DNA from: Thermodesulfobacteriota bacterium
GTDB lineage: Bacteria > Desulfobacterota > Syntrophia > Syntrophales > JADFWA01
Length of the DNA: 44,683 nucleotides
Direction of reading: 5' to 3'
Assembly (NCBI GenBank): GCA_034658835.1
Contig: JAYEGA010000058.1
Span: 1-44,683, forward strand
This document shows positions 25,890 to 36,962 of the stretch, one piece after another (position 1 is the first letter of the stretch; each line of letters opens with the position of its first letter). The position numbers and the translations under genes are program-made. The notes beneath the pieces were generated by a model. It had not been told where the DNA came from. It saw nothing but the letters and a program-made list of their open reading frames with translations, and did no database searches.

Positions 25890-27644
25890 TCAGTATTTGC
25901 GTTCAACCGGCAGCCATTTGGTCATCGTTACCGGCTTGTAACTAAGTTTTGGACCATCCTTAGTATTGGTTATCAATGTATGTTTGAGCCATTTCTCATC
26001 GTCACGCACGGGAAAGTCAGTCCGGGCGTGTCCCCCACGGGATTCCTCGCGGGCCAGGGCTGCCATCACCATTCCTTCAGCTACATCCAGAAGGTTTCTT
26101 GTCTCCAGAACATTGATCAAGTTGGTATTATATACATGTCCACCATCCTGAACGTAGATGTCACGGTATCGCTCATTTAACTCCTTGATCAGTTTTAGCC
26201 CTTTTTTCATTTCTTCTCCACTACGATAAACCCCCATATAATCGCGCATTGTAGCCCTGATGCCGGTCTTAATATCATAAGGATTTTCCTTTCCTTTTTT
26301 CTGGAGCAGGCCTTCGAAAAGACGAGCATATTCTGCATCAACCTGATCTAAGGGCAAATCTGCTAAAGGTGGATCAGTGTCTATATATTTAACCATTTCT
26401 TCTCCGGTTATCGCCCCGTACACCAGACACTCCATGGTGGAATTGCAACCAAGGCGATTGGCGCCATGGGTTGAGTGACAGGCAGCTTCTCCCGCTGTCC
26501 AGACGCCTCTCATGGCTGTTCCTCCATCTATATCCGACTCAATTCCTCCCATGCTGTAATGGGCAACAGGACGTATTGGGATCGCTTTCTCAATAGGATC
26601 GAGTCCGATATAATCCAGACAGACTTCCCGGATTAAGGGCAGGACACGGTTAATCTTGTCTGCTCCCAGGTGAGTAAGATCCAGATGAAGATAATCCAAC
26701 CCCGGAGGTCCCTCAAAACCTCGTCCTTCCAGAATCTCGGTCATCTCGGATCGGGAGACGATATCACGGGGCGCCAGCTCCATCCTGTCCGCGGCATACT
26801 TCTCCATGAATCTTTCTCCCTCTGAGTTTCTCAGATACCCTCCTTCCCCACGACATGCTTCGGTCATAAGGATGCCGCTGGGGATGAGACCGGTAGGGTG
26901 AAACTGGAGAAATTCCGAATCCTCAAGGTTCAGGCCGGCCCGGTAGGCTATGGCATGTCCATCTGCGGTAACAGTCTGAGAAAATGTGGTGAAAAGATAA
27001 AGATTCCCAAGACCACCGGTAGAGATGAGCATTGCCCTTGCCCGCAGGACATAAAATTTCCCGGTACACATATCTATGGCCGTAACGCCGCAAAATTCAC
27101 CATCTTTACCTGTCAAGATTGAGGTAACAAAGAATTCGTCATAACGGGTTAAGTTTTCATACTTCATCAGGGTATCATAAAGAACCTGTACCTCAAAAAA
27201 ACCGGTCTTGTCAGCGGCCATTGTAGCTCGTGGATAACTGTGCCCCCCGAAGGGTCGCTGTTGGAGTCTGCCATCCTCGGTTCGCGACCAGGGCATCCCC
27301 AGGTGATCAAGAAAATGTATTTCTTTGGGGGCTCTTTCCACGAATCGGTATATCACGTCCTGATCCCCCAGAAAATCGGCACCCTTGACGGTATCCCAGG
27401 CGTGAACATCAAAGTTGTCACCCTGGTCTTCCCGGAGCACTGCCGCGCTGCCGCCTTCGGCACATACCGAGTGGGGACGCTGTATCTGTTGCTTGGAGAT
27501 AAGCCCTACATTCATTGCGTCTTTAGTTGACTGAGAGACCTCCAGCGCTGCCCGAAACCCGGCCAGTCCCGTACCGAAAATCAAGACGTCATGCGTAACC
27601 ACTTCTATCTTATTAGTGTATCCCAAATTTACCATATCTTCCAT
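25890..27644 (-). CDS. sdhA: Succinate dehydrogenase / fumarate reductase flavoprotein subunit
   Basis: The FAD dinucleotide fold is [21 protein letters not shown] carries the His for covalent FAD. Active-site regions are FHPTG and HYSMGG, and RGGHAR is also present. The second ATG at 27635 has better SD spacing. Confidence 0.92.
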   Translation of the reverse strand: MEDMVNLGYTNKIEVVTHDVLIFGTGLAGFRAALEVSQSTKDAMNVGLISKQQIQRPHSVCAEGGSAAVLREDQGDNFDVHAWDTVKGADFLGDQDVIYRFVERAPKEIHFLDHLGMPWSRTEDGRLQQRPFGGHSYPRATMAADKTGFFEVQVLYDTLMKYENLTRYDEFFVTSILTGKDGEFCGVTAIDMCTGKFYVLRARAMLISTGGLGNLYLFTTFSQTVTADGHAIAYRAGLNLEDSEFLQFHPTGLIPSGILMTEACRGEGGYLRNSEGERFMEKYAADRMELAPRDIVSRSEMTEILEGRGFEGPPGLDYLHLDLTHLGADKINRVLPLIREVCLDYIGLDPIEKAIPIRPVAHYSMGGIESDIDGGTAMRGVWTAGEAACHSTHGANRLGCNSTMECLVYGAITGEEMVKYIDTDPPLADLPLDQVDAEYARLFEGLLQKKGKENPYDIKTGIRATMRDYMGVYRSGEEMKKGLKLIKELNERYRDIYVQDGGHVYNTNLINVLETRNLLDVAEGMVMAALAREESRGGHARTDFPVRDDEKWLKHTLITNTKDGPKLSYKPVTMTKWLPVERKY

Positions 27645-27890
27645 CCCCTCATTAAATTATGAAGAATTTCAAATAAATCCTTCATTCTTTTTTCGTTAAG
27701 CAAAAAATGGAAAGAAACAATCTCTCTAATGGGTTGCCTCATACAATAAACTTACAATGGATAAAATCACCTCAAGGATAGAGAAATCATCCCCTGCCAT
27801 AAAATATAGCAACGAATCTACTCCATCCCTCCTTGCAATGGCAGATGCTATGAGGTCCTCAATTAAACATTCTATTAGTTAGTTGATCTG

Positions 27891-28448
27891 TTATTCTTTC
27901 CTGTATTTTTTCGCTCCTTCCACGTAAAGATCTCCTCCCCTGACATCATTAACCACCACTACCGGAAAATCTTCTACCTCTAATTTCCGGATGGCTTCGG
28001 GTCCGAGCTCTTCATAGGCAACAATCTCTGCCTTTTTTATGCTTTTGGCAATGAGGGCTCCTGCTCCTCCGGTAGCGCCGAAGTATACTGTCTTATGTTT
28101 TTTCATGGCTTCGATGACTTCCGGAGCACGGTTTCCCTTGCCAATCATTCCCTTCAATCCCAACTCCATAAGCCTGTGTGCATAGGCATCCATACGGTAA
28201 CTGGTTGTAGGACCGGCGGAACCGATTGCCTGTCCCGGTTTGGCAGGCGCAGGCCCAACATAATAGATCACCTGACCTTTGATATCTATAGGGAGCTCCT
28301 TACCCTCATCGAGAAGATCAACCAATCTCTTGTGGGCGGCATCCCTTCCGGTATAGATTGTGCCATTCAAGAATACCTTGTCCCCGATATTCAATTTTTC
28401 CACATCTTCGTCAGAAAGTGGAGTAGTCAATACTATCTTTTCTGCCAT
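27891..28448 (-). CDS. Class I (Fe-S) fumarate hydratase, beta subunit (C-terminal domain type)
   Basis: Motifs GTIYTGRDAAHKRL, GPTTSYRMD and GKGNR are typical of the fumarase/tartrate-dehydratase beta subunit. Confidence 0.85.
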   Translation of the reverse strand: MAEKIVLTTPLSDEDVEKLNIGDKVFLNGTIYTGRDAAHKRLVDLLDEGKELPIDIKGQVIYYVGPAPAKPGQAIGSAGPTTSYRMDAYAHRLMELGLKGMIGKGNRAPEVIEAMKKHKTVYFGATGGAGALIAKSIKKAEIVAYEELGPEAIRKLEVEDFPVVVVNDVRGGDLYVEGAKKYRKE

Positions 28449-28556
28449 TTTTTCCTCCAGCTTTAATACTTCCCAGAACCAGAACTATTAAATGTTCTTA
28501 GTAAGATCGCTATTAAAAGAACACTATTTTAGTAAATGGTTTTGATTAAGTAATCG

Positions 28557-29399
28557 TTAAATTACTGCCTCTTTATGTCTTGCCGCGTGGCACTGGACAT
28601 TGACCGCACACGGTAAGCTGGCAATGTGGCATGGTTCAATTTCAAAGAATACATCGAGGGTAGTCGTGTTCCCTCCGTATCCCATCGGGCCGATCCCCAG
28701 CTTATTGATTCTTTCGAGCATTTCTTCTTCCGCCTTTGCCAGTTCCGGATCGGGATTTCTCTCTCCTATCTTCCGGAGCAGCGCTTTTTTGGCTAAAAAT
28801 GCCGAGCGTTCATATGTTCCTCCAACACCTACACCGATCACCGTGGGAGGACAGGGATTGGATCCGGCTTCTTCCACTCTTGTCACAATGAAATCCTTTA
28901 CACCTTCAATACCTACCGCAGGAGTGAGCATGGTTACCCTGCTCATATTTTCACTGCCACCCCCTTTAGGGGCGATGGTAATCTTCATCTTATCTCCCGG
29001 GACAATCTCAAGATGAATAATCGCAGGAGTATTATCTCCGGTGTTCTTTCGTGTAAAGGGATGACAAGCCGATTTTCTCAAATAACCATCGGCGTATCCC
29101 TGTCTAACCCCTTCGTTTACGGCCTCTTTAAAATCACCGCCCACAACATGGATTTCCTGTCCCAGTTCAATAATCACAACCGCAAGACCGCAGTCCTGAC
29201 AGATGGGGACCAGTTCTTCCCGGGCAATCTGTGAGTTCTCCTTCAGTTCTTTTATGATCTCCACGGCTACAGGGGATTCATCGGTCTCGATTGCCTTGTC
29301 AAAAGCGGCCTCGACATCATCTCCCAGATTGCAGTCGGCGTCAATACAGAGGTCTCGTATGACCTTAATAATCTCATCGCAAGAAATCTCTCTCATCAC
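28557..29399 (-). CDS. Class I (Fe-S) fumarate hydratase, alpha subunit (N-terminal domain type)
   Basis: Motifs ICQDCG, KGGGSEN and GVGVGGT, plus conserved Cys residues, fit the family. The gene is paired with the beta subunit 108 nt downstream. Confidence 0.85.
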   Translation of the reverse strand: MMREISCDEIIKVIRDLCIDADCNLGDDVEAAFDKAIETDESPVAVEIIKELKENSQIAREELVPICQDCGLAVVIIELGQEIHVVGGDFKEAVNEGVRQGYADGYLRKSACHPFTRKNTGDNTPAIIHLEIVPGDKMKITIAPKGGGSENMSRVTMLTPAVGIEGVKDFIVTRVEEAGSNPCPPTVIGVGVGGTYERSAFLAKKALLRKIGERNPDPELAKAEEEMLERINKLGIGPMGYGGNTTTLDVFFEIEPCHIASLPCAVNVQCHAARHKEAVI

Positions 29400-29429
29400 C
29401 TTGCTCCTTTTAATTTTACAACATTACCT

Positions 29430-29459
29430 TTAGGGGATGGACCTGAGTCCATCCCCTAA
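29430..29459. other. Intercistronic 13-bp-stem hairpin between malic enzyme and the fumarase alpha subunit
   Basis: TTAGGGGATGGAC, a CTGA loop, then GTCCATCCCCTAA. No T-run follows on the transcribed (minus) strand, so this is more likely an mRNA processing or stability element than a terminator. Confidence 0.4.
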
Positions 29460-29475
29460 AAACCTGGACCAGTTA

Positions 29476-30933
29476 TTAACTGCTTCGTACCTCGGCAACA
29501 GCTCTCTTAAGTGCATCTTCCAGCATACTGACAGGTGGTTTTTCAATAAACCCTGCATCCATCAAGCTATTATAGATGTCCATTGATTCTTTCTGGTCTT
29601 TCTCTGTTTTCTTATATACCTCTTCCGCGGTTATCTTTACTCTGGCGACGCCATCTTCTATTGCCTGCATGGCTACATCGGCCGCTTCCTGCGGAAAGAC
29701 ATCCAGTTCGTTCATCAGAGGAGCAATTTTCTCCGGATTGATACCTTTGGATTCGGCAGTCGCAGCGATGGAACGAGCGGCAGTGACAGCCATATTGTCC
29801 GTAACTCCAGTCGCCCTGACCAGGAGAGCACCTTTCAAAATTCCCGGGAATCCAAGGGAGTTATTAACCTGGTTGGGGAAATCTCCTCTTCCCGTAGCAA
29901 CGATATATGCTCCTGCATCTTTCGCTTCATAGGGATAAATTTCCGGTACCGGGTTGGAACATGCGAAGACTATAGATTTATCAGCCATGTCTTTTACCCA
30001 GTCGCCTTTGATTACGCCGGGTCCCGGTGTTGAAAGGGCGATGAGTACATCGGCACCTTTCATCGCGTCTACTATGTTGTCGACCTTCTTCGGATTGGTG
30101 GCTTCACAGATTTCCCATTTACGATAGAATCTCGGATCGGCTTTGATGTTATCACGATCCTTGTGGAGGCCGCCCTTGGAATCACACATAACTATTCTTT
30201 CCGGATCCGCACCCGCCTGCATAATTAGACGAGCAATGGTGGTATTTGAAGCGCCGGCGCCGAAAAAGGCCATGTTAATATCGCCGATAGGTTTATCAAC
30301 AAGTTTAAGGGCATTGAGGAGACCGGCCAGGGTTACGCAGGCTGTTCCCTGGGCGTCATCATGCCACACAGGAATATCACAATCCTGCAGCTCATCCAGC
30401 ACTTTAAAGCAGTTCGGCTGAGAAATATCTTCAAGGTTGACAGCGCCGAAGCTGGGTGTAAGCATCTTTACAAATTCGATGATTTTATCAGGATCATTTT
30501 CACCCTTCTCGTTTTTGCTGTCGACACAGAGAGCAACTGCGTCAATACCGGCCAGGGTCTTCATCAGGAATGCTTTTCCTTCCATGACCCCGAGACCACC
30601 GGGAGGTGTGCAGTCTCCATCACCCAGGACTCTGGTAGAATCGCTGACAACTGCAACAAAATTTCCACGGTTTGTGATATCAAAAGAGGTAAGATTATCA
30701 TCTCTGATGGTGGTCGAAATCGAGGATACTCCCGGCGTATACCAGACGTTGTACCAGTTGAAGCCGTAAAATCCACACTTGGGAACGGTTACCATTTTAC
30801 CACCGTAGAGTTTATGCGTTTCATAGGCCAGATCTTTCAGGAAAAGGGTCTGTCCCTGGGCAATCTGTGCTTCCGTGAAATCTTCAGGAAATGCCTTCCT
30901 TAGATCGGTAAGTTCCAAATCTACTTTGCTCAT
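29476..30933 (-). CDS. NAD(P)-dependent malic enzyme (short MaeB-type, no PTA domain)
   Basis: Motifs WYTPGVS, VAVVSDSTRVLGDGD, GVMEGKA and FFGAGASN (the dinucleotide fold) are present. A C-terminal extension of about 80 aa follows the catalytic core. Confidence 0.85.
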   Translation of the reverse strand: MSKVDLELTDLRKAFPEDFTEAQIAQGQTLFLKDLAYETHKLYGGKMVTVPKCGFYGFNWYNVWYTPGVSSISTTIRDDNLTSFDITNRGNFVAVVSDSTRVLGDGDCTPPGGLGVMEGKAFLMKTLAGIDAVALCVDSKNEKGENDPDKIIEFVKMLTPSFGAVNLEDISQPNCFKVLDELQDCDIPVWHDDAQGTACVTLAGLLNALKLVDKPIGDINMAFFGAGASNTTIARLIMQAGADPERIVMCDSKGGLHKDRDNIKADPRFYRKWEICEATNPKKVDNIVDAMKGADVLIALSTPGPGVIKGDWVKDMADKSIVFACSNPVPEIYPYEAKDAGAYIVATGRGDFPNQVNNSLGFPGILKGALLVRATGVTDNMAVTAARSIAATAESKGINPEKIAPLMNELDVFPQEAADVAMQAIEDGVARVKITAEEVYKKTEKDQKESMDIYNSLMDAGFIEKPPVSMLEDALKRAVAEVRSS

Positions 30934-30978
30934 AATTTACTCCTTTCACGTTTAAAGTTTACGGTTTTTGTTAATACC

Positions 30979-31380
30979 TTACCTTTGGCATAGCTCAAGC
31001 ATTATACCATAGGTTTCTTTCGGGTGAACAAAGGCAATTTTTGCGCCTCCGGCCCCTCTTCTCGGTGTTTCATCGATGAGACGAACCCCTCTCTCTTTCA
31101 GTTCTTTCAGCGCTTCTTCAATGTTAGTGACCCTGAGAGCGACGTGTTGTACCCCTTGACCTTTTTTCTCAATATACTTGGCTATCGGTCCGTCCGGAGC
31201 GGTGGATTCCAGAAGCTCTAATTCACTACCAGGGACGGGCAGAAAAGCTACCCTGACCTTCTGTTCTTCTACCGTTTCAATCTCAGACGCCTTCAACCCC
31301 AGAGCATCCTCGAAAAATTTAAGGGCCTCATCCATGTTACTCACCGCTATTCCGACATGGTCAATCCTCAGTATCTCCAT
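30979..31380 (-). CDS. mce: Methylmalonyl-CoA epimerase (VOC/glyoxalase fold)
   Basis: The protein is 133 aa, with IDHVGIAV at the N-terminus, [11 protein letters not shown] and FVHPK. The pathway context supports the call. Confidence 0.85.
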   Translation of the reverse strand: MEILRIDHVGIAVSNMDEALKFFEDALGLKASEIETVEEQKVRVAFLPVPGSELELLESTAPDGPIAKYIEKKGQGVQHVALRVTNIEEALKELKERGVRLIDETPRRGAGGAKIAFVHPKETYGIMLELCQR

Positions 31381-31463
31381 CCCTAACCTCCTTTTTTTTT
31401 ATTCCGCAGTTGAAAGCAGGACTTACTTAGCCCTTCCCACCTGCATTTGTTTTTGTATAAAAT

Positions 31464-32351
31464 CTATTGAAGCAGTCCACGTTCTTCCAGTGTCTTTTTC
31501 ACGGTTGCCCCGATATCGGCCGGGTTCTCTACTACCGCTATCCCTGCTTCCGTGAGCGCCTTCATCTTTTCTGCGGCGGTTCCCTTTCCTCCGGCGATGA
31601 TCGCGCCGGCATGACCCATTCTTCTGCCTGGAGGGGCAGTCTGACCGGCGATGAAAGAAACGACCGGCTTTGTCATATTATCCTTGACGTACTGAGCGGC
31701 TTCTTCCTCCGCGGTTCCCCCGATCTCACCGATAAGAACGACCAGATCCGTCTGAGGATCTTTTTCATACAACTCCAGAAGATCTATAAATCCGGAACCT
31801 ACGATAGGATCACCACCAATGCCGATGGAAGTTGATTGCCCGATTCCCAGAGCGGTTAGCTGATCAATCGCCTCATAGGTCAGAGTTCCGCTTCGGGAGA
31901 TTACCCCCACATTGCCTTTTTTGTGGATAAAATTAGGCATGAAGCCGATTTTTCCCACACCGGGTGTCGTAATGCCCGGACAATTTGGGCCAATAAGATA
32001 AGCGCCGGAACCCTTAAGGACCTTTTTCACCTTCACCATCTCCAGAACGGGAACGCCCTCCGTTACGGCTACAATAAATTTAATTCCCGCTTCGACGGCC
32101 TCCAGGATGGCATCGGGAGTAAAGGCAGCGGGAACATATATTCCGGCAACGTTAGCCCCTTGTTCTGATACCGCTTCACTCACTCGATTGTAGACCGGAA
32201 TTCCATCAACATCCGCTCCTCCTTTACCAGGAGTCACACCGGCCACTACGTTGGTTCCAAACTCTACTGCTACACGGGTATGAAAGCTTCCTTCGCCCCC
32301 GGTGATTCCCTGAATCACTATCCGACTATTTTCATCTAATAGAATACTCAC
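31464..32351 (-). CDS. sucD: Succinyl-CoA synthetase alpha subunit
   Basis: Motifs [23 protein letters not shown] and MGHAGA (the phospho-His loop) are present. Confidence 0.95.
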   Translation of the reverse strand: MSILLDENSRIVIQGITGGEGSFHTRVAVEFGTNVVAGVTPGKGGADVDGIPVYNRVSEAVSEQGANVAGIYVPAAFTPDAILEAVEAGIKFIVAVTEGVPVLEMVKVKKVLKGSGAYLIGPNCPGITTPGVGKIGFMPNFIHKKGNVGVISRSGTLTYEAIDQLTALGIGQSTSIGIGGDPIVGSGFIDLLELYEKDPQTDLVVLIGEIGGTAEEEAAQYVKDNMTKPVVSFIAGQTAPPGRRMGHAGAIIAGGKGTAAEKMKALTEAGIAVVENPADIGATVKKTLEERGLLQ

Positions 32352-32381
32352 GTTCTTCCCTCTCTCTCTATATTAAGATTA

Positions 32382-33545
32382 TTACTGTGCTATTTTTACC
32401 GCTTTTTCGGCTGCCTCATAGAGACCATCAGCAACTTCGAATTTTACAGATGATTCCTCGAGAATTTTCTTACCTTCTGCTTCATTGGTACCATGAAGTC
32501 TTATCACCATAGGAATTTTTAAGTCCAGATTCTTTGCCGCTTGAACGATTCCATTTGCCAGGCGATCACACCTGAGGATTCCCCCGAAGATGTTAACGAG
32601 AATAGCCTTGACGCTATCATCCGAGGTAAGGATCTTGAATGCGTTTTCTACCTGTTCCGGCGTGGCTCCACCTCCTACGTCGAGGAAATTGGCCGGCTCA
32701 CCACCCGCCAGTTTTATAAGATCCATGGTGGTCATGGCAAGTCCTGCGCCATTGACCATGCAGCCTACGTTCCCGTCCAGCTTTATGTAATTTACCCCCA
32801 GTTTCTTTGCTTCTACCTCAAGGGGATCTTCTTCGTCAATGTCATACAGTTCCTTGATTTCCGGATGACGGAACAGGCCATCATCATCAAAATTTATCTT
32901 GGCGTCCAAAGCTACAAGCTGATCATCCTCGGTGATTACAAGAGGATTAATCTCTACTAATGAAGCATCCTTTCCGATCATCAGGCGGTACAGGCTTGCT
33001 ACGATTTTGGAGCACTGGCCAATAAGGGGTTTATCCAGGCCAAGACCGTAGGCGATTTTCCTTCCCTGAAATCCACTGAAACTTCCGGCGGGATGAGCAG
33101 CGACCTTTATGATCGCGTCAGGGTTTTCTGCCGCCACTTCCTCGATCGACATTCCACCTTCCTGGGAAGCCATAACTACAGGCGCTTCCGTATCTCGAGA
33201 TCGATCGACTACTATTCCCAGGTAAAGTTCCTTTTTGATCTTTCCAGCCGCTTCTACCAGAACGGTCTTTACCTTTTTACCCTCCGGGCCGGTCTGAGGT
33301 GTTACCAGTTGCATGCCGATAATTTCTTTTGCCGCTGCTTCTGCTTCATCGGGAGAGGAAACCAGTTTTATTCCTCCGCCTTTTCCTCTTCCGCCGGCAT
33401 GGATCTGGGCCTTGACAACCACTTTCCCGCCAATTTCAGAAGCGATTTTTTTTGCCTCTTCAGGGGTACTTGCTACCCTCCCTTCAGGAACGGGAATCCC
33501 GTATTCTTTCAGGATATCCTTTGCTTGATACTCATGAATATTCAT
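32382..33545 (-). CDS. sucC: Succinyl-CoA synthetase beta subunit
   Basis: [12 protein letters not shown], the ATP-grasp motifs [16 protein letters not shown] and NIFGGI(L)RCD are present. Confidence 0.95.
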   Translation of the reverse strand: MNIHEYQAKDILKEYGIPVPEGRVASTPEEAKKIASEIGGKVVVKAQIHAGGRGKGGGIKLVSSPDEAEAAAKEIIGMQLVTPQTGPEGKKVKTVLVEAAGKIKKELYLGIVVDRSRDTEAPVVMASQEGGMSIEEVAAENPDAIIKVAAHPAGSFSGFQGRKIAYGLGLDKPLIGQCSKIVASLYRLMIGKDASLVEINPLVITEDDQLVALDAKINFDDDGLFRHPEIKELYDIDEEDPLEVEAKKLGVNYIKLDGNVGCMVNGAGLAMTTMDLIKLAGGEPANFLDVGGGATPEQVENAFKILTSDDSVKAILVNIFGGILRCDRLANGIVQAAKNLDLKIPMVIRLHGTNEAEGKKILEESSVKFEVADGLYEAAEKAVKIAQ

Positions 33546-33717
33546 ATTTGACTTCCTTTCCTAAATATTTTTTGACACCCGATTACTCCATCAAAGCGCT
33601 TAACATAAACGAAGTTCCTGTGTCAATATTTTTTTTGATTTTGACCCCTGCAAAAAGACGATATTTTGGTAAAGATTCAGGAATATCAATTGCCGAATAT
33701 CCAGTGTTGGGAAATGC

Positions 33718-33746
33718 TTGACACACTGTTAACTCTTTGCTATATG
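33718..33746 (+). promoter_or_regulatory. Candidate sigma-70 promoter of the mutase operon
   Basis: TTGACA (33718-33723), 17-nt spacer, TATATG (33741-33746). The site is about 70 nt upstream of the ATG at 33818, which has the SD AGGAGG. Confidence 0.4.
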
Positions 33747-33817
33747 AACGGGAGATTTAATGATCGATGGCATAGGGGGTAGTTACTAAGGAAACAAATA
33801 ATTAGAGGAGGTAGGCT

Positions 33818-35497
33818 ATGATAGACAAAAAGGAATTGGAAAAAGTTAAGAAAGGGCGAGAGAGCTGGGAAGAAGGAACGCTAGGGAAGACTTTAAGTAA
33901 AAGAGGCGAGCGAAGAGAGGTCTTCACCAGTATCTCCGGAACCCCGATCGAGCGTCTTTACACACCTGAAAGCATAAAGGATCTGGACTACGAGAAAGAC
34001 CTTGGCTTTCCCGGAGATTATCCGTACACACGTGGAGTCCAGCCAACCATGTACAGGGGCAGATTCTGGACCATGCGCCAGTATGCCGGTTTTGGTAGTG
34101 CCAAAGATACCAATGCGCGTTACCGCTACCTTTTAGAACAAGGGCAGACGGGCTTGAGCGTGGCTTTCCATCTCCCCACCCAGGCAGGTTATGACAGCGA
34201 TCACCCCCTCTCAATGGGGGAGGTTGGAAAAGTAGGAGCGGCCATCGATTCAATCGAGGACATGCAAATTCTGTTTGACCAAATCCCCCTGGATAAGGTT
34301 ACAGTATCCATGACGATCAATGCCGCGGCCACAGTGCTCCTTGCCATGTACTTAAGCCTTGCGGAAGAAAAGGGTATTTCCCCTGACAAGTTAGGCGGGA
34401 CGATTCAGAACGACGTCCTGAAGGAGATCATCTGTCGTGGACAGTACATTTATCCTCCCGGGCCGACCATGCGACTTACTACCGACCTGATCACATACTG
34501 CCAGAAAAATGTTCCCCGGTGGAATAGCATCAGTGTCAGCGGTTATCACATCCGTGAGTCAGGGTCTACAGCCGCTCAGGAGATGGCCTTTACTATCGCC
34601 GATGGAATCGCCTACACACAGGCATGTATCGACAAAGGCATGGATGTTGACTCTTTTGCCCCGCGGCTGAGCTTCTTCTTCAATGTCTTCACCAATGTGT
34701 GTGAAGAGGTGGCCAAGTTCAGGGCAGGTCGACGCTACTGGGCCAAGGTAATGAAGGAACGCTTTGGAGCCAAGGATCCCCGCTCCATGATGATGCGTTA
34801 CCACGTCCAGACCGGTGGTGTTACACTCACATATCAACAAGTGTTGAACAATATTGTGCGTGTAGGCCTCCAGACGTATGCCGCAGTTGCAGGAGGATGC
34901 CAGTCCCTCCATACTGATTCTTATGACGAGGCTCTGTGTCTTCCGACGGAGGGAGCTGTGCTTGTCGCTCTCAGGACACAGCAGATGGTGGCCGAAGAAA
35001 GCGGCGCCTGCGATACCATTGATCCATTTGCCGGATCATATTATGTGGAAGCACTGACTGACCAGATCGAAGCTGAAATCGATGGGTACATCAAGAAGAT
35101 TGATGAGATGGGCGGTACCCTGGTCGCCATAGATGAGGGATACATCCAAAAAGAAATCCAGAACAGCTCTTATCAGTTCCAGAAGGAGATTGAGTCTGGA
35201 GACCTGGCTTACGTGGGAGTCAACAAGTACATCATGGAAGAACCCCCTGCAACGGGTCTTCTCAAAGTTGACATGGCGCTGGGAGATGTTGAAGCCGAAA
35301 AGCTGAAAAAACTCCGAGCCGAGCGTGACAATGCCGCATGGCAGAAGGCGCTGGATAATCTGCGTGAAGTCTCAAAGACAGAAGAGAACGTCATGCCGGC
35401 GGTTATCGAGGCGGTGAAGGCCAAGGCCACAGTCGGCGAGGTATGTGATGTGTGGCGTGAACTTTTTGGAGAGTATCGACCCAAAGAATTTGTTTAA
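33818..35497 (+). CDS. Methylmalonyl-CoA mutase, catalytic (N-terminal/TIM-barrel) subunit
   Basis: Motifs YPYTRGV, MYRGRFWTMRQYAGF, TGLSVAF and TIQNDVLKE are nearly invariant in MCM. Confidence 0.93.
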   Translation: MIDKKELEKVKKGRESWEEGTLGKTLSKRGERREVFTSISGTPIERLYTPESIKDLDYEKDLGFPGDYPYTRGVQPTMYRGRFWTMRQYAGFGSAKDTNARYRYLLEQGQTGLSVAFHLPTQAGYDSDHPLSMGEVGKVGAAIDSIEDMQILFDQIPLDKVTVSMTINAAATVLLAMYLSLAEEKGISPDKLGGTIQNDVLKEIICRGQYIYPPGPTMRLTTDLITYCQKNVPRWNSISVSGYHIRESGSTAAQEMAFTIADGIAYTQACIDKGMDVDSFAPRLSFFFNVFTNVCEEVAKFRAGRRYWAKVMKERFGAKDPRSMMMRYHVQTGGVTLTYQQVLNNIVRVGLQTYAAVAGGCQSLHTDSYDEALCLPTEGAVLVALRTQQMVAEESGACDTIDPFAGSYYVEALTDQIEAEIDGYIKKIDEMGGTLVAIDEGYIQKEIQNSSYQFQKEIESGDLAYVGVNKYIMEEPPATGLLKVDMALGDVEAEKLKKLRAERDNAAWQKALDNLREVSKTEENVMPAVIEAVKAKATVGEVCDVWRELFGEYRPKEFV

Positions 35498-35516
35498 TGT
35501 GTGGAGGTAATATATT

Positions 35517-35915
35517 ATGGCAGATAAGAAGATAAAGATTATTGTGGCGAAACCAGGGCTGGATGGACATGATCGTGGCGCGAAGCTCCTTTCCAGAATT
35601 TTTGCAGAGGCCGGCATGGAAGTGGTCTACACCGGTTTGAGGCAAACACCGGAGATGATAGTGGAAGCCGCCCTTCAGGAAGATGCTGACGTTGTAGGTC
35701 TCAGTAGCCTTTCAGGAGTGCACAGCCACTTTTTTCCGAAGGTGGTAGAACTTCTCAAGGAAAAGAAGCTTGACGATGTTCTGGTGGTAGGCGGAGGGAT
35801 CATTCCCCTGGAAGATATACCGGAATTGAAAAAAGCGGGAATAGCGGAGATCTTTGGACCAGGTACCCCTACGCCCACGATTGTTGATTTTATCACGGGT
35901 AATGTTCGTTCTTGA
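35517..35915 (+). CDS. Methylmalonyl-CoA mutase, B12-binding subunit
   Basis: The DxHxxG cobalamin-binding motif is [10 protein letters not shown], with GLSSLSG and GGGIIP also present. The protein is 132 aa. Confidence 0.9.
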   Translation: MADKKIKIIVAKPGLDGHDRGAKLLSRIFAEAGMEVVYTGLRQTPEMIVEAALQEDADVVGLSSLSGVHSHFFPKVVELLKEKKLDDVLVVGGGIIPLEDIPELKKAGIAEIFGPGTPTPTIVDFITGNVRS

Positions 35916-35936
35916 GATTAACAGGGAAGATAAACT

Positions 35937-36911
35937 ATGACCATTGATTATGCTGGTGAGGTACTCCAGGGATCCCCGCGTGCTGTTGCGCGAGTGATCA
36001 GCTGGCTGGAAAATGAAGATGAACTGGCCCGCCCCTGCATGGAAAGTCTCTATCCACACACCGGTAGAGCATACGTTGTGGGGATCACAGGAAGCCCTGG
36101 TACCGGCAAGAGCACACTTACAGATAAACTTACCCAACATATACGTAAAAAGGGGCTTACTGTGGGGATCATAGCTGTCGATCCCTCAAGCCCCTTTACC
36201 GGTGGCGCCGTACTTGGAGATCGGGTCCGGATGAGCGAAATTGCACAGGACCCGGGAGTTTTCATCCGGAGTATGGCTACGCGCGGCTTTCTGGGGGGTT
36301 TATCTCAAGCTGCAAGCAAAGTGGTTAATGTTATGGATGCCTCAGGCAAAGACGTAATTCTTATTGAAACGGTTGGTGTGGGGCAGGACGAAGTGGAAGT
36401 CATGCGAATTGCTGATACTACCTGTCTGGTTATGGCCCCTGGCCTGGGGGATGCGATCCAGAGCATGAAGGCGGGGGTGATGGAGATCGCAGACATTTAT
36501 GTCATCAACAAATCCGACCGCCAGGGAGCCGATCAGCTTTTTGTAGAGGTATCCCATCGAGTGGATCAGGATGTCCATATTAAGGGCCGGAACCGGAACC
36601 GATCGTGGATACCTTCGGTTGTGCCGACCGCGGCTGTTAATGATATAGGGATTACAGATGTTCTGGATGCCATATTGTCACATCAGGACCACCTGGAACA
36701 GACCGGTACCCTTATGGAAAAGCGGCGTGAGCGGACCCGGCAGCAGACTCTTCAGATGATCCACCACGAGGTGTTCAGCCTTCTTAGAAAACACTTGTCT
36801 GAAAGTGGCCGTATGGAACAATTAGTGGATGCGATCATGAATCATGAACAGGATCCTTACAGCGTCGTGCAGCAGTTGCTCAGTGAGTGGATTAAAGTGC
36901 CGGAAGGGTAG
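35937..36911 (+). CDS. meaB: MeaB/ArgK-type G-protein chaperone of methylmalonyl-CoA mutase
   Basis: The P-loop is GITGSPGTGKSTL. IIAVDPSSPFTGGAVLGD, ETVGVGQ and the NKSD (G4) motif are present. Confidence 0.9.
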   Translation: MTIDYAGEVLQGSPRAVARVISWLENEDELARPCMESLYPHTGRAYVVGITGSPGTGKSTLTDKLTQHIRKKGLTVGIIAVDPSSPFTGGAVLGDRVRMSEIAQDPGVFIRSMATRGFLGGLSQAASKVVNVMDASGKDVILIETVGVGQDEVEVMRIADTTCLVMAPGLGDAIQSMKAGVMEIADIYVINKSDRQGADQLFVEVSHRVDQDVHIKGRNRNRSWIPSVVPTAAVNDIGITDVLDAILSHQDHLEQTGTLMEKRRERTRQQTLQMIHHEVFSLLRKHLSESGRMEQLVDAIMNHEQDPYSVVQQLLSEWIKVPEG

Positions 36912-36962
36912 GGTAGTACTACTACAAACGAAGAAAACAGTTGTTTAAAAAACAGATATTAA

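Noticed and set aside
29430-29459. The 13-bp-stem hairpin as a terminator between malic enzyme and fumarase.
   Set aside because: No U-tract follows on the transcribed minus strand, and a strong SD for the next cistron follows immediately. I kept it only as a possible processing or stability element.
33546-33817. A cobalamin riboswitch or other structured leader upstream of the mutase operon.
   Set aside because: I found no recognisable B12-box or extended conserved pairing by eye. The region is AT-rich and better explained as divergent promoters.
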